Shown here: piece after piece, positions 55,656 through 64,000 of the stretch
How the letters are laid out: the number at the start of each line of letters is the position of its first letter
Numbering within the stretch: position 1 is the stretch's first letter
Source: an uncultured Planctomycetaceae bacterium
GTDB lineage: Bacteria > Planctomycetota > Phycisphaerae > SM23-33
Assembly (NCBI GenBank): GCA_964401835.1
Contig: CAYNZP010000008.1
Span: 37,899 to 101,898 of the forward strand
Reading direction: 5' to 3'
DNA length: 64,000 nt
Program-made: the position numbers and the translations under genes
The notes under the pieces: model-generated
The model's input: only the letters and a program-made list of their open reading frames with translations
Databases searched by the model: none
What the model was told of the DNA's origin: nothing

Positions 55656-57683
55656 CTAATCAAACCCCAGATATCCAAACTCTTCGCACTTTCGTATAAG
55701 CTCTCGGCCAATCGGCGCTGCATTTTTCGGGCCGCTACCGGCATAATCAACTACTATGGCAAACGCGATTTTTGGATTTCTGTACGGAGCAAAGCCCGCA
55801 AACCAGGCCATGTCTTCGCTGCGTACCACATCAACCACCCCATCGCTGTCCGTATCTACTCTGAGCGAATTAACCTTGGCAGTTCCGGTCTTGCCGCAGA
55901 TTTCCCAATGCTCTGGAAGAGGTCTCTCAGCTGCCCTGCCGTAAATATACTTATGTGCCGTCCCACCTGGCCGCGTCACCTCAAACATTCCGCGTTTGAC
56001 AACATCGAAGTACTGTTTTGGAATATCCAACTGGCGGAGAGTCTGTTGTTGAATATCGTTTTGCACAAGCTTTGCAGTACGAAATTCGCCATCACGAGCG
56101 ATAGTCGCCATTGCATTAGCGACATGGAGAGGAGTTACCGCGATAGGCCCCTGGCCCATAGCTAACATTCGCGACTCGCCTATGTTTTCAAATTTGTCCG
56201 GAAGTTTTCCGCGTATTTCTTCACCAATTCCTATGCCGGGTAAATTTTCAAATCCAAATTGCCTGAACCAATCGCACAACAACTCGGGTTGCTTTCTCTG
56301 TAGCCATTCACCGACATTATAGAAGAAGATATTGCAGCTTTTCTTTATCCCGTTTACCAGGTCAAGCGGCCCATGAGAGCCACCGCTTTGTTTATATATC
56401 CAGCAACGAAATGAATTCGGGTTATGAAGGTAACCGTTACAGGTGATTTGGGTATCCACACCAATAACGCCTTCGGAAAGCCCCACCAGCGCCGCCAACG
56501 GCTTAACCGTTGAACCCGGCGGATAGAGCTGGCTTATAGCGCGATTTCTGAGCGAAAAATCAACGCTATCATTTGCGAGCCACTGGAAATCTTCTTTGTA
56601 GAGATTCAGGTCATAAGTTGGTATTGAAACCATCGCCAGAATTTCATTCTCCGGAACGGAAAGTACAACCAGACTGCCGTTTTTCCCTCCGGTGAGATTA
56701 ATAAAAATCTTCGCCAGTTCAATTTGGAGGTCTATATCAAGCGTTAGCTGAACATCCTGTCCGACCTTGGCGTCATGGTTGCGGATTATTGCCCCTGTCC
56801 GTTTGAAATTAACAAAACCTCGCTCTCCCCGCAGCATTTGTTCGCACATCTTTTCCACCCCTGTCTTGCCGACAACATCGTCCGGCCAGTAATAATGGAG
56901 CTTGCGTTTGAAATTGCTAGCCGCCCCGTCGGCAATATTGTGCTGAGCGGAAACTTCATCATTGAGTTTGTCTATTTCTTCTGCATAAATCCTGTCTGTC
57001 AGCCCAATAATATGGCAGGCGGCTGATTGGTATGGATAGATGCGCTTATGGCTAGGCCGGATAGTCGCGCCGACGGTTTTATGGAGCATGGCCTTTAGTT
57101 CCACAGCAGCTGCGGAACTCAAGCCGGCCACGATCACGTGAGACTGGTTTTCCTCCGCAATCCGTTCGATTCCACGCTTTTTAAAATACTCGTGGAGTTT
57201 CGTAACCCGCTGGATTATTCGAGATATCCGGAGGTCAAAATCCTTCTCATATACTTCACAAAGCTTACGAGCCAACGCCCAGGAAAACTGCCACCTCTGG
57301 CGGAAAATATCTTCCGCTTCGGCGGATGAGACAGATTCGTCTCGCTTTATTTTCAGCTGTTCATCCCTGATCCATTTAGCTTCGGGGGGAAGCTTCTTCG
57401 CTTTTTCGCGTTGAGCAACACTGATCCATTTTTCATCCACTGTCAGCAAACGGTAATCCAGGCAGAAGTCATAACAGCTTTGGTCGGTGGCGAGTATGCT
57501 CTTGTTCCTATCAAAGATATTCCCTCTCGCCGCAGGGAGGAATTGAGTTACTTCCAGCAGTTTTTGTGCCTGACTGCGATAATGCTCGGCCCTGATTATC
57601 TGCAAATATCCAAGCCGGGCGACTATCACCAGAAGGAATAAACCTATCAGGCCAAGAAAAATTTTTATGCGTAGTTTATACAT
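55656..57683 (-). CDS. mrdA: Penicillin-binding protein 2
   Basis: N-terminal anchor and dimerisation domain. Transpeptidase motifs STVK, SCN-like and KTGT. Confidence 0.85.
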   Translation of the reverse strand: MYKLRIKIFLGLIGLFLLVIVARLGYLQIIRAEHYRSQAQKLLEVTQFLPAARGNIFDRNKSILATDQSCYDFCLDYRLLTVDEKWISVAQREKAKKLPPEAKWIRDEQLKIKRDESVSSAEAEDIFRQRWQFSWALARKLCEVYEKDFDLRISRIIQRVTKLHEYFKKRGIERIAEENQSHVIVAGLSSAAAVELKAMLHKTVGATIRPSHKRIYPYQSAACHIIGLTDRIYAEEIDKLNDEVSAQHNIADGAASNFKRKLHYYWPDDVVGKTGVEKMCEQMLRGERGFVNFKRTGAIIRNHDAKVGQDVQLTLDIDLQIELAKIFINLTGGKNGSLVVLSVPENEILAMVSIPTYDLNLYKEDFQWLANDSVDFSLRNRAISQLYPPGSTVKPLAALVGLSEGVIGVDTQITCNGYLHNPNSFRCWIYKQSGGSHGPLDLVNGIKKSCNIFFYNVGEWLQRKQPELLCDWFRQFGFENLPGIGIGEEIRGKLPDKFENIGESRMLAMGQGPIAVTPLHVANAMATIARDGEFRTAKLVQNDIQQQTLRQLDIPKQYFDVVKRGMFEVTRPGGTAHKYIYGRAAERPLPEHWEICGKTGTAKVNSLRVDTDSDGVVDVVRSEDMAWFAGFAPYRNPKIAFAIVVDYAGSGPKNAAPIGRELIRKCEEFGYLGFD

Positions 57684-57710
57684 GGATGCAGTTCAAGATT
57701 TACCCAGGCT

Positions 57711-58271
57711 CTATCTTCTCGATCTTCCAGCGCGGCCAGGCGAAGATGAGAATATCCATCGCCGGATTTTACTCAGGCCAATATAACCCAGCGGCGCCAA
57801 TACTGCTGTATAAAGAGCCAGGACCAGAAGTTGCATAAACAGCAGGCTGTAAGACGACCAGCTTACATTTCCGGCAATCAGCGACTGGGCGGTTATCCAA
57901 ATCCAGTGTACGAGGATACAGAAAAGCAAGGTTAGAAACGCTCGCGTAAGGGTATGCTCGCGAAAGAATGCTTCACGAACTTTAAAGATTAATCCCGCCC
58001 CAATAGAGTACGCCAGTGCCATTGGACCAACAACCGTAACAGCCCCACCCGCACCGGCTGAGGTAAGATCAACAGCTAACCCAAGCAGCCAGCCGGCCAG
58101 TATGGCATCTGAGCCACTGCGAACGTTTAGAGCGACGTAAACGGCAAGAATGGCCAGAAAGTCCGGTCCGACGTTGCTGACCACCGGCCAGTCGAAGGCC
58201 AGCAGCTTTCCTATCGTACATTGGAAGAGCACGACGGCATAAACCAGAATTAAAAATGGAATCCAACGCAT
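57711..58271 (-). CDS. mreD: Rod shape-determining protein MreD
   Basis: 186-aa polytopic membrane protein between mreC and mrdA. Its start overlaps the mreC stop. Confidence 0.7.
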   Translation of the reverse strand: MRWIPFLILVYAVVLFQCTIGKLLAFDWPVVSNVGPDFLAILAVYVALNVRSGSDAILAGWLLGLAVDLTSAGAGGAVTVVGPMALAYSIGAGLIFKVREAFFREHTLTRAFLTLLFCILVHWIWITAQSLIAGNVSWSSYSLLFMQLLVLALYTAVLAPLGYIGLSKIRRWIFSSSPGRAGRSRR

Positions 58272-59278
58272 CAGCGCCTCGCCGTTTCATTACCTGAAAG
58301 ATCTGCTAGTGGCACGACAATGTAAACATTTCGCAAGGCCTCAAGATTCGCATAAGGCCTGATTCGCAGTATCCGTAAACGCGGGTCGGCCGGATTGACC
58401 TTTACCTCCTGGACCTCACCAATTTGCATCTCGATGGGAAGAAATTCGTCCTCGCTGCAAGTAACAAGGACATCTCCGGGCATAATGTTATCATGGGCAG
58501 GGACGTCTTTGATGATAAGGCCGTCCTTGCCGTCGCCGACTGCATAAACATCCACAAGGGTGTTAATAAGTGTCGCATTTTGCTCGGACAGGATTATTTC
58601 CTTTGCTTCGCCAGCCATAATGATTCGTATCGGGCGATGGTTGCGAGGATCGCGGCTGATTCTTGCGGGTATTTCAAAACCCAGATCGCTTACCAGCTGT
58701 AACCGTGCTGAAAACCTTCCAGTCTCAATTATTCTGCCAACCAGATATTGAGACGTGATGGCTGAGAGCTTTTCCGGAAACGCTTTCGAGCGATCGGTCA
58801 TAAGCTTGCGTGTTGTCACGCTAAAGCCGGCATTCACGTCCCGTGTACTTCCTGCATTGACCAATCTTGTTTTGCCGTATGGAAGTGAATCGGCAGCTGC
58901 CACCCGGGCAGAAACAAGTTCGCAGGAAAGGTCTTTAACGGGCCCGTAAAGCCGTTCGAAAACCATCATGTCCGAAAGCTGTCTGCGGTAATCGCTCGCC
59001 AAATTCCGCCAATAGGCTTCGCTTCCTCGCAAATAATCGTTATGACTTTTTACCTGCTCAACTTCAGCCGGCGTCAGGTTATCGTAAGTGTGGCCGCTGA
59101 AATGCGACTGCAGGGAAGTAGTGAAATACATGGCACCATCGCCGAATTGCGGAAGTAGGTAATTGGCAAGTGAGCGCACGCGGCTGGCAAGTTTTGGCCC
59201 CATCAGCGATGTGATAACTGAGGCAATAATCAGTATTGCCAGAATCGAGCGTTTCGATGGTTTTATATTTAACCTCAT
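58271..59278 (-). CDS. mreC: Rod shape-determining protein MreC
   Basis: N-terminal TM helix plus a periplasmic beta-rich domain. The internal ATG at 59278 (MRLNIKPSK) avoids overlap with the upstream gene; the track ORF begins at 59323. Confidence 0.7.
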   Translation of the reverse strand: MRLNIKPSKRSILAILIIASVITSLMGPKLASRVRSLANYLLPQFGDGAMYFTTSLQSHFSGHTYDNLTPAEVEQVKSHNDYLRGSEAYWRNLASDYRRQLSDMMVFERLYGPVKDLSCELVSARVAAADSLPYGKTRLVNAGSTRDVNAGFSVTTRKLMTDRSKAFPEKLSAITSQYLVGRIIETGRFSARLQLVSDLGFEIPARISRDPRNHRPIRIIMAGEAKEIILSEQNATLINTLVDVYAVGDGKDGLIIKDVPAHDNIMPGDVLVTCSEDEFLPIEMQIGEVQEVKVNPADPRLRILRIRPYANLEALRNVYIVVPLADLSGNETARR

Positions 59279-59288
59279 ATCTGGGTCA

Positions 59289-59675
59289 TTATTCCGGTTG
59301 TGTTGTTGGCTCCTGACCCACAAGTATCAAATCGCCAGGTTCAAAACCAAACCGCTTGCCCGCCGAAGGGCTGATATAAAAAGCCTGTTGGAATTTCCCA
59401 TCGACTTCCATCTGCCTGACAAGCAAATCATCACGACGAACAGGAGTTGCCGAGCGATCGGTAGAAGTCAAAAAGTACTTATCCATGACTGTTTTCAAGC
59501 TACTGTAATCGTGTGTAATCCGCGAGAGATCATTTTCTGCCTGCAGGCGGCGGCTTCGTTCCAAAAGCCAAAGCGATGCAAGTGCTGCGATAATAACAAG
59601 CAGCAAAACCCCCACAATCAGAAAATATCTGTTGTCCGATTTTACTGCCGATTCGGATAAATTTTCTTCTGTCAT
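59289..59675 (-). CDS. Hypothetical bitopic membrane protein directly upstream of mreC
   Basis: 128 aa: a cytoplasmic N-terminus, one TM helix (YFLIVGVLLLVIIAALASLWLL), and a ~80-aa C-terminal domain. Confidence 0.5.
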   Translation of the reverse strand: MTEENLSESAVKSDNRYFLIVGVLLLVIIAALASLWLLERSRRLQAENDLSRITHDYSSLKTVMDKYFLTSTDRSATPVRRDDLLVRQMEVDGKFQQAFYISPSAGKRFGFEPGDLILVGQEPTTQPE

Positions 59676-59697
59676 ATTTCTCAGCCTTATTGCAAAT

Positions 59698-60171
59698 TTA
59701 TTGCAAATAAACCTCAGCGATAGCCCACGCCCTGCTTCCAGAGCCTATTCCTTCCAGGCGGATGTATCGGGCAAGAACGGGTGAGTACAGAGAAACTATG
59801 CTCACACGCCGGGTCCCATAAGTTGAAGATTGATAAATAAATTTGTCGCCGTCCATGCTGGTATGCAAAGCAATGCGGTTGGGAAACTGAGCCTGGTTAC
59901 TGCCATGATCTATTACAACCATGTTGAACAAACACGCCTTGCCCAAATCTACCATCAAAGCGGGTCTCGAAACACTAGCGCTGCTTAATGAAGCTGTAGC
60001 TATGTTATCGTCAATTGCATTTGCAGGAGACAGCATAGCCCCTGCCGCAGTCCAAATAGCCTTGCGGGAGATATTGCCCTTGGAGTTGTGGCTGGTATTT
60101 TGCTGGTATATCGGACCAGAATCGCAGCCGCTCGCCAAAATCGCCAATAGAATCAAATGTAAAAACAGCAT
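59698..60171 (-). CDS. Lipoprotein with discoidin (F5/8 type C) domain
   Basis: Lipobox ILASGC and the NAIDDNIATAS ... RYIRLEG pattern of galactose-binding-like domains. The track ORF start is a TTG; the ATG at 60171 is preferred. Confidence 0.6.
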   Translation of the reverse strand: MLFLHLILLAILASGCDSGPIYQQNTSHNSKGNISRKAIWTAAGAMLSPANAIDDNIATASLSSASVSRPALMVDLGKACLFNMVVIDHGSNQAQFPNRIALHTSMDGDKFIYQSSTYGTRRVSIVSLYSPVLARYIRLEGIGSGSRAWAIAEVYLQ

Positions 60172-60371
60172 TTGTTTTAAGTTTTTAAGCACGTTACTTT
60201 CTACTCCAAATTTCTTGTAATTTTTTTGCAATTACTTATCAGATACTGGCCACTTACTTACTGCCTAAACTTATTTGGTGGAGTGATTATACAAATTAGT
60301 TGCTCCGAGGCCAACAAAGCGAAATTGGGTTTTGAAGTTTCATTGGCGTTCAAAGGCGTTATTATAAAAAC

Positions 60372-60689
60372 ATGATCGGACTAACAGGATTTCAATGGCT
60401 TGCTCTCGCCCTGCTGGTAGTGCTGTATATACTCAGTTGCGTGCGGGTTGCAGCCCGTATGAAGAGAATTGGCAGAAATGGGGCCGCCTGGTTTTTTATA
60501 TCGTTTTTTTGTACGGCAATCCCGGCAACCATCGTTTTTTACAGGGAATTTTCAAAGTTACAGGCCACGGGAGCAAAAAGATGCCTTCACTGCGGGCAGA
60601 TAATAACACCAGCTGAGTTTGACAAATCTGCCCCCGTTAAGACCTGCCCGAAATGCGGCTTGGACAGCGATGAGGTACATCTGGCATGA
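60372..60689 (+). CDS. Small membrane protein with C-terminal zinc-ribbon (CxxC ... CxxC)
   Basis: Two TM helices, then CLHCGQ ... CPKCG. Its stop overlaps the cinA ATG. Confidence 0.5.
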   Translation: MIGLTGFQWLALALLVVLYILSCVRVAARMKRIGRNGAAWFFISFFCTAIPATIVFYREFSKLQATGAKRCLHCGQIITPAEFDKSAPVKTCPKCGLDSDEVHLA

Positions 60690-61924
60690 ATGCCATAATA
60701 ATAGCAATCGGTCACGAACTCATCACCGGTCAGTCGGTAGATACAAATAGTGCGTATCTGGCGCGAGAGCTGGGCCGGCGAGGTATCGAGACAATCGAGC
60801 ATCTGACTGTTGACGACGACCAGCAAGTAATCGCCTCGGCTATAAGCTCTTCAGCGAAACGCTGTGATATTGTCCTGGCAACCGGCGGCCTTGGGCCAAC
60901 AGCTGACGACTTGACCCGCCAGGGCCTTTCTGAGGCGATGAAAAGTGAACTCGTTTTGGACGAGCAATGCCTGGAAAAAATCAAGGAGTTCTTTTGCAAT
61001 CGCGGCAGGAAGATGGCTGGCGAAAATGAAATCCAGGCGATGATTCCCCGGGGAGCTCAGGCGCTGCAGAATTCGCTGGGAACCGCCCCTGGCATAGCCG
61101 CCAGAGTCAACGGGGCCGATGTGTTTGTAATGCCCGGCGTACCCTCTGAAATGGAGAGCATGTTTCATAAATTAGTCGCCCCACTGCTTCCCAAAAAGTC
61201 CGGCATTATTTTGCACAAACTGGTCCACATTTACGGCAAAGGCGAATCAGACATAGCAGCCGAAGTCTCTGACATTATGCACCGCAAGGGAGCAGTAACG
61301 GTTGGTATAACGGTTACTGCAGGCAAGATTTCTCTGCGGATAACTTCGCGGGCCGACGATGAAAAAACCGCCCAGGCCCAGGCTGACAAAACAGCTGATG
61401 AAATACGCCGGCGCCTTGGCGAACTCGTTTTCGGACAGGATGAAGAAACGATGGCCTCGGTTGTGGGAAATTTACTGGTTAAAAACTCACAAACCCTGGC
61501 AACGGCTGAGAGCTGCACGGGGGGACTTATCGGCGAACTTATAACTTCGGTGGCAGGATCGAGCGAATATTATCTGGGCGGCATCATTTCATATTCAAAT
61601 CAGCTCAAGATAGACCAACTCGGCGTGCCAAAGAAATTACTTATAGAACACGGAGCAGTCAGCCAGCAGGTAGCTCAAGCGATGGTGAAAGGCTGCAAAG
61701 AGCGGCTTGGTAGCGATTGGGCAATTGCCATTACCGGAATTGCCGGCCCCATTGGCGGAACCGAAGAAAAGCCAGTCGGCCTGGTCTACATTGCACTTGC
61801 AGGGCCGGAAACGGTGAAAGTGCACAGGCACATATTTCCGGGCACAAGGGATATTGTTCGACTCAGATCGGCAATGAGTGCACTGAACTACCTGAGGCTT
61901 GAACTTTTGAAATTTTCAGTGTGA
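60686..61924 (+). CDS. cinA: CinA family protein (MocF-like domain + C-terminal PncC NMN deamidase domain)
   Basis: MNAIIIAIGHELITGQSVDTNSAYLA N-terminus and a C-terminal CinA domain (TAESCTGGL). Confidence 0.85.
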   Translation: MNAIIIAIGHELITGQSVDTNSAYLARELGRRGIETIEHLTVDDDQQVIASAISSSAKRCDIVLATGGLGPTADDLTRQGLSEAMKSELVLDEQCLEKIKEFFCNRGRKMAGENEIQAMIPRGAQALQNSLGTAPGIAARVNGADVFVMPGVPSEMESMFHKLVAPLLPKKSGIILHKLVHIYGKGESDIAAEVSDIMHRKGAVTVGITVTAGKISLRITSRADDEKTAQAQADKTADEIRRRLGELVFGQDEETMASVVGNLLVKNSQTLATAESCTGGLIGELITSVAGSSEYYLGGIISYSNQLKIDQLGVPKKLLIEHGAVSQQVAQAMVKGCKERLGSDWAIAITGIAGPIGGTEEKPVGLVYIALAGPETVKVHRHIFPGTRDIVRLRSAMSALNYLRLELLKFSV

Positions 61925-62061
61925 CTAACCAACGCGGTGCGCTATCTGTAGACTCTGAACTACCAACCAAGGTTAGACGCTTTTCTAATAATCTAGCATC
62001 ACATTCCAATGCGATCTGCTATCAACACCCCTAAAACAACCAACTGCGGTTAGACGCTATG

Positions 62062-63114
62062 CTAAAATTCGTCCTCATCGGAGTCCATTGTCTCTTTCCA
62101 GAGTTCGAGGTTCTCCAGATATACGGCTGTTCCACGAGCGACACACGAAAGTGGATCATCGGCTATTCGGACATCAAGGCCGGTTGCGTTTGACAGCACC
62201 GTGTCCATGCCTCGCAGCAAAGCCCCACCGCCGGCCAATGCGATTCCGTTATCTACCAGGTCAGCAGCCAGTTCGGGCTCGGCTTTTTCAAGAGTCCGGG
62301 TAACGCAGTCAATAATCGCCCCGATAGGCTCTTTGAGTGCTTCGCGGACTTCCTCGGAAGAAATAATCGTCTTTCTCGGCAGGCCGGAGATCATATCCCT
62401 GCCGCGGACTTCCATCGTGATTTCCTGCTCGAGGGGAGCGGCTGAACCGATGCCTATCTTGATTCTCTCAGATGTCTGCTCGCCTATCATGAGGTTATAG
62501 GTGCGTTTCATATGTGAAGAAATTGACTCGTCCATATCATCGCCTGCAACACGAATCGACTCGCAGACTGAAATGTCCGCCAGTGACATAATGGCAACCT
62601 CAGTTGTTCCACCGCCTATATCAACGATCATCGAAGCTGTCGCTTCTGTAATGGGCAGTTCTGCCCCGATGCCGCATGCCATAGGTTCTTCAACCAGATA
62701 AACACGCCTTGCCCCGGCGCGTTCAGCTGAGTTCAGCACAGCCCTTTTTTCAACAGCTGTGATACCTGAAGGAATCGCGATAACTACCCGAGGTTTTACG
62801 AGGCTTCTACGACGGTGGACTTTACGGATGAAATAGCTCAGCATCGCTTCGGTGATGTCAAAGTCGGCAATTACGCCGTCTTTCATCGGCCTGATGGCAC
62901 TGATGGAGCCCGGTGTCTTGCCAAGCATCTCCTTGGCGACGACACCGACCGCATTGCCATTCTGGAGAACACGGTTGGTTCCACGCTTTACGGCGACGAC
63001 CGAAGGCTCGTTTAGTACTATACCCTGGCCGCGCACGCAGACGAGGGTATTGCAAGTACCCAAGTCGATACCCATATCCATTGAAAACAAACCGACTATT
63101 GAATTGAAGATCAT
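62062..63114 (-). CDS. mreB: Rod shape-determining actin homolog MreB
   Basis: MIFNSIVGLFSMDMGIDLGTCNTLV aligns with the MreB N-terminus. Actin-fold phosphate and adenosine motifs throughout. Confidence 0.9.
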   Translation of the reverse strand: MIFNSIVGLFSMDMGIDLGTCNTLVCVRGQGIVLNEPSVVAVKRGTNRVLQNGNAVGVVAKEMLGKTPGSISAIRPMKDGVIADFDITEAMLSYFIRKVHRRRSLVKPRVVIAIPSGITAVEKRAVLNSAERAGARRVYLVEEPMACGIGAELPITEATASMIVDIGGGTTEVAIMSLADISVCESIRVAGDDMDESISSHMKRTYNLMIGEQTSERIKIGIGSAAPLEQEITMEVRGRDMISGLPRKTIISSEEVREALKEPIGAIIDCVTRTLEKAEPELAADLVDNGIALAGGGALLRGMDTVLSNATGLDVRIADDPLSCVARGTAVYLENLELWKETMDSDEDEF

Positions 63115-63308
63115 ACTTTTATCATCCCTTGCCGGCTTTGATCCCGCCGCCAGCGAGTAAACCTTACTGAACCGGCTTATTTTTTCAAATGCCCGGGCTT
63201 TTTGAAGGATGCCGGCGTAATTAATAAAAAAATCTTAACCTGATATGAACAATCTACTGCCCGGCCCGGCGTTGTGCAACGGCAAAAAATGCGATATTAA
63301 CCGACCAT

Positions 63309-63509
63309 TTACTTGGTCGGTACAGCCGACGGGCTGAAAAGATCGCCAATTGACAGCCCATAACCGCCCGGGGGAGCAGACAGCAAATTCCAAAGCACAA
63401 AACCTATCGTCACCGCTAAGACCAATATTGCAATGATGATAAGCAGAGTATAAATACTCGGCTGAGGTTTGGCCCGAACCACCTGACCTGGAGTCGTTAA
63501 TTGCGTCAT
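63309..63509 (-). CDS. Small single-pass membrane protein (66 aa)
   Basis: One strongly hydrophobic helix (IYTLLIIIAILVLAVTIGFVLW). Upstream of mreB in the same orientation. Confidence 0.35.
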   Translation of the reverse strand: MTQLTTPGQVVRAKPQPSIYTLLIIIAILVLAVTIGFVLWNLLSAPPGGYGLSIGDLFSPSAVPTK

Positions 63510-63524
63510 GTCGTTTTGCTCCGG

Positions 63525-63998
63525 TTACTTAAGGCTAGTGGTGACCTTGTCCCCTTGCTGCGGGTCGACTCGCTTGTCGACAATAAGTCCGGCAGCCTGG
63601 GTTACATCCACCTCTTCGATTCTCAAATATCCAACAAATTCGGCACCACGGTAGACAATCAGCTTCATATTGGGACGTATGCCCTTGGCAGAGCCGATAT
63701 TAATGCTCGCCAAATCGTCCTGAACCGCAGTAATCGTACCGGTAACTTTCTCGGCAAGTGCAGGTGCGCCTGGGTCTACATCGCCTTCAACCGCAATGCC
63801 GCCACCGGCTGCAACTCCCTGTTCGAGTTCTCTGATTCGGTCGTCTCTCTCGGCAAGCTGCTCTCTGAGGACCTTAACAACCTGATTCAGGCGGTCACTT
63901 GCAGCCTCTGCCTGGTTGAGCATCTCTTCGATTTTTGTATTTTCCTCGGTGAGCTTATCAACGCTGCTGCGTGCCTTGTCGAGCTGCGCCGAAAGCTG
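63525..63998 (-). CDS. Coiled-coil protein, C-terminal part (5' end outside window)
   Basis: The frame stays open to the window edge. Heptad-rich N-terminal part and a beta-rich C-terminus. Confidence 0.4.
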   Translation of the reverse strand, partial: QLSAQLDKARSSVDKLTEENTKIEEMLNQAEAASDRLNQVVKVLREQLAERDDRIRELEQGVAAGGGIAVEGDVDPGAPALAEKVTGTITAVQDDLASINIGSAKGIRPNMKLIVYRGAEFVGYLRIEEVDVTQAAGLIVDKRVDPQQGDKVTTSLK

Positions 63999-64000
63999 TT

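Noticed and set aside
2112-60231. Track ORFs beginning with M at TTG/GTG codons (glycerate kinase 2112, lysA 3329, cimA 34331, discoidin lipoprotein 60231) and long N-terminal extensions (tyrS, manA, lpdA)
   Set aside because: The track translates alternative starts as M. Downstream ATGs with RBSs that match family N-termini were preferred for the feature coordinates.
63115-63308. GCCCGGGC palindrome and GCCG ... CGGC stems upstream of mreB considered as terminators
   Set aside because: The stems are short or self-complementary without loops, and the flanking runs are on the wrong side for a minus-strand terminator. This is more likely promoter-region sequence.
1-64000. Mobile elements, integrases, CRISPR arrays, toxin-antitoxin pairs
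   Set aside because: No transposase/integrase-like ORFs, no short regularly spaced direct repeats, and no island-like GC shifts were seen. The tRNA-Gln has no flanking integrase or attL/attR-like repeat.

Overview
This 64 kb window is chromosomal core sequence (about 52% GC) from a PEP-CTERM-bearing Gram-negative bacterium. It has MreB/MreCD/PBP2/RodA, LpxB and many PEP-CTERM proteins, which suggests a Kiritimatiellota/Verrucomicrobia/Planctomycetota-like organism. About 60 genes are densely packed. Housekeeping genes include tyrS, valS, hisS, lysA, nadE, bioB, fba (class II), lpxB, acpS, scpB, cinA, a citramalate synthase (cimA), an archaeal-type LeuC-like aconitase subunit, a cobA/hemD fusion, glycerate kinase, a myo-inositol-1-phosphate synthase cluster, a 2-oxoacid dehydrogenase complex (fused E1 alpha-beta, triple-lipoyl E2, E3), one tRNA-Gln(CUG) and two PEP-CTERM secreted proteins. 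There are no transposases, integrases or CRISPR arrays. The most interesting unannotated signal is in the roughly 450 bp gap upstream of cimA-valS. On the minus strand there is a near-consensus sigma70 promoter, then a 38-aa leader peptide with 8 Ile and 6 Val (AGIISIIGVIIVIGCVP), then a rho-independent terminator. The terminator's 5' arm can alternatively pair with a sequence overlapping the leader stop codon. Together this is a classic Ile/Val ribosome-mediated transcription attenuator in front of the first enzyme of the citramalate route to isoleucine and the valyl-tRNA synthetase. Secondary candidates are: a tight hisS-to-bioB operon carrying a PD-(D/E)xK (HYExAFE) protein and three small membrane proteins, two of them paralogous; a myo-inositol-1-phosphate synthase / atypical Zn-ADH / mannitol-dehydrogenase-family cluster; an odd cobA-hemD / PflA-like radical SAM / LeuC-without-LeuD operon; an orphan LarC coupled to a membrane coiled-coil protein and a GT21-like glycosyltransferase; and uncharacterised small proteins embedded in the mreCD-mrdA-rodA operon.
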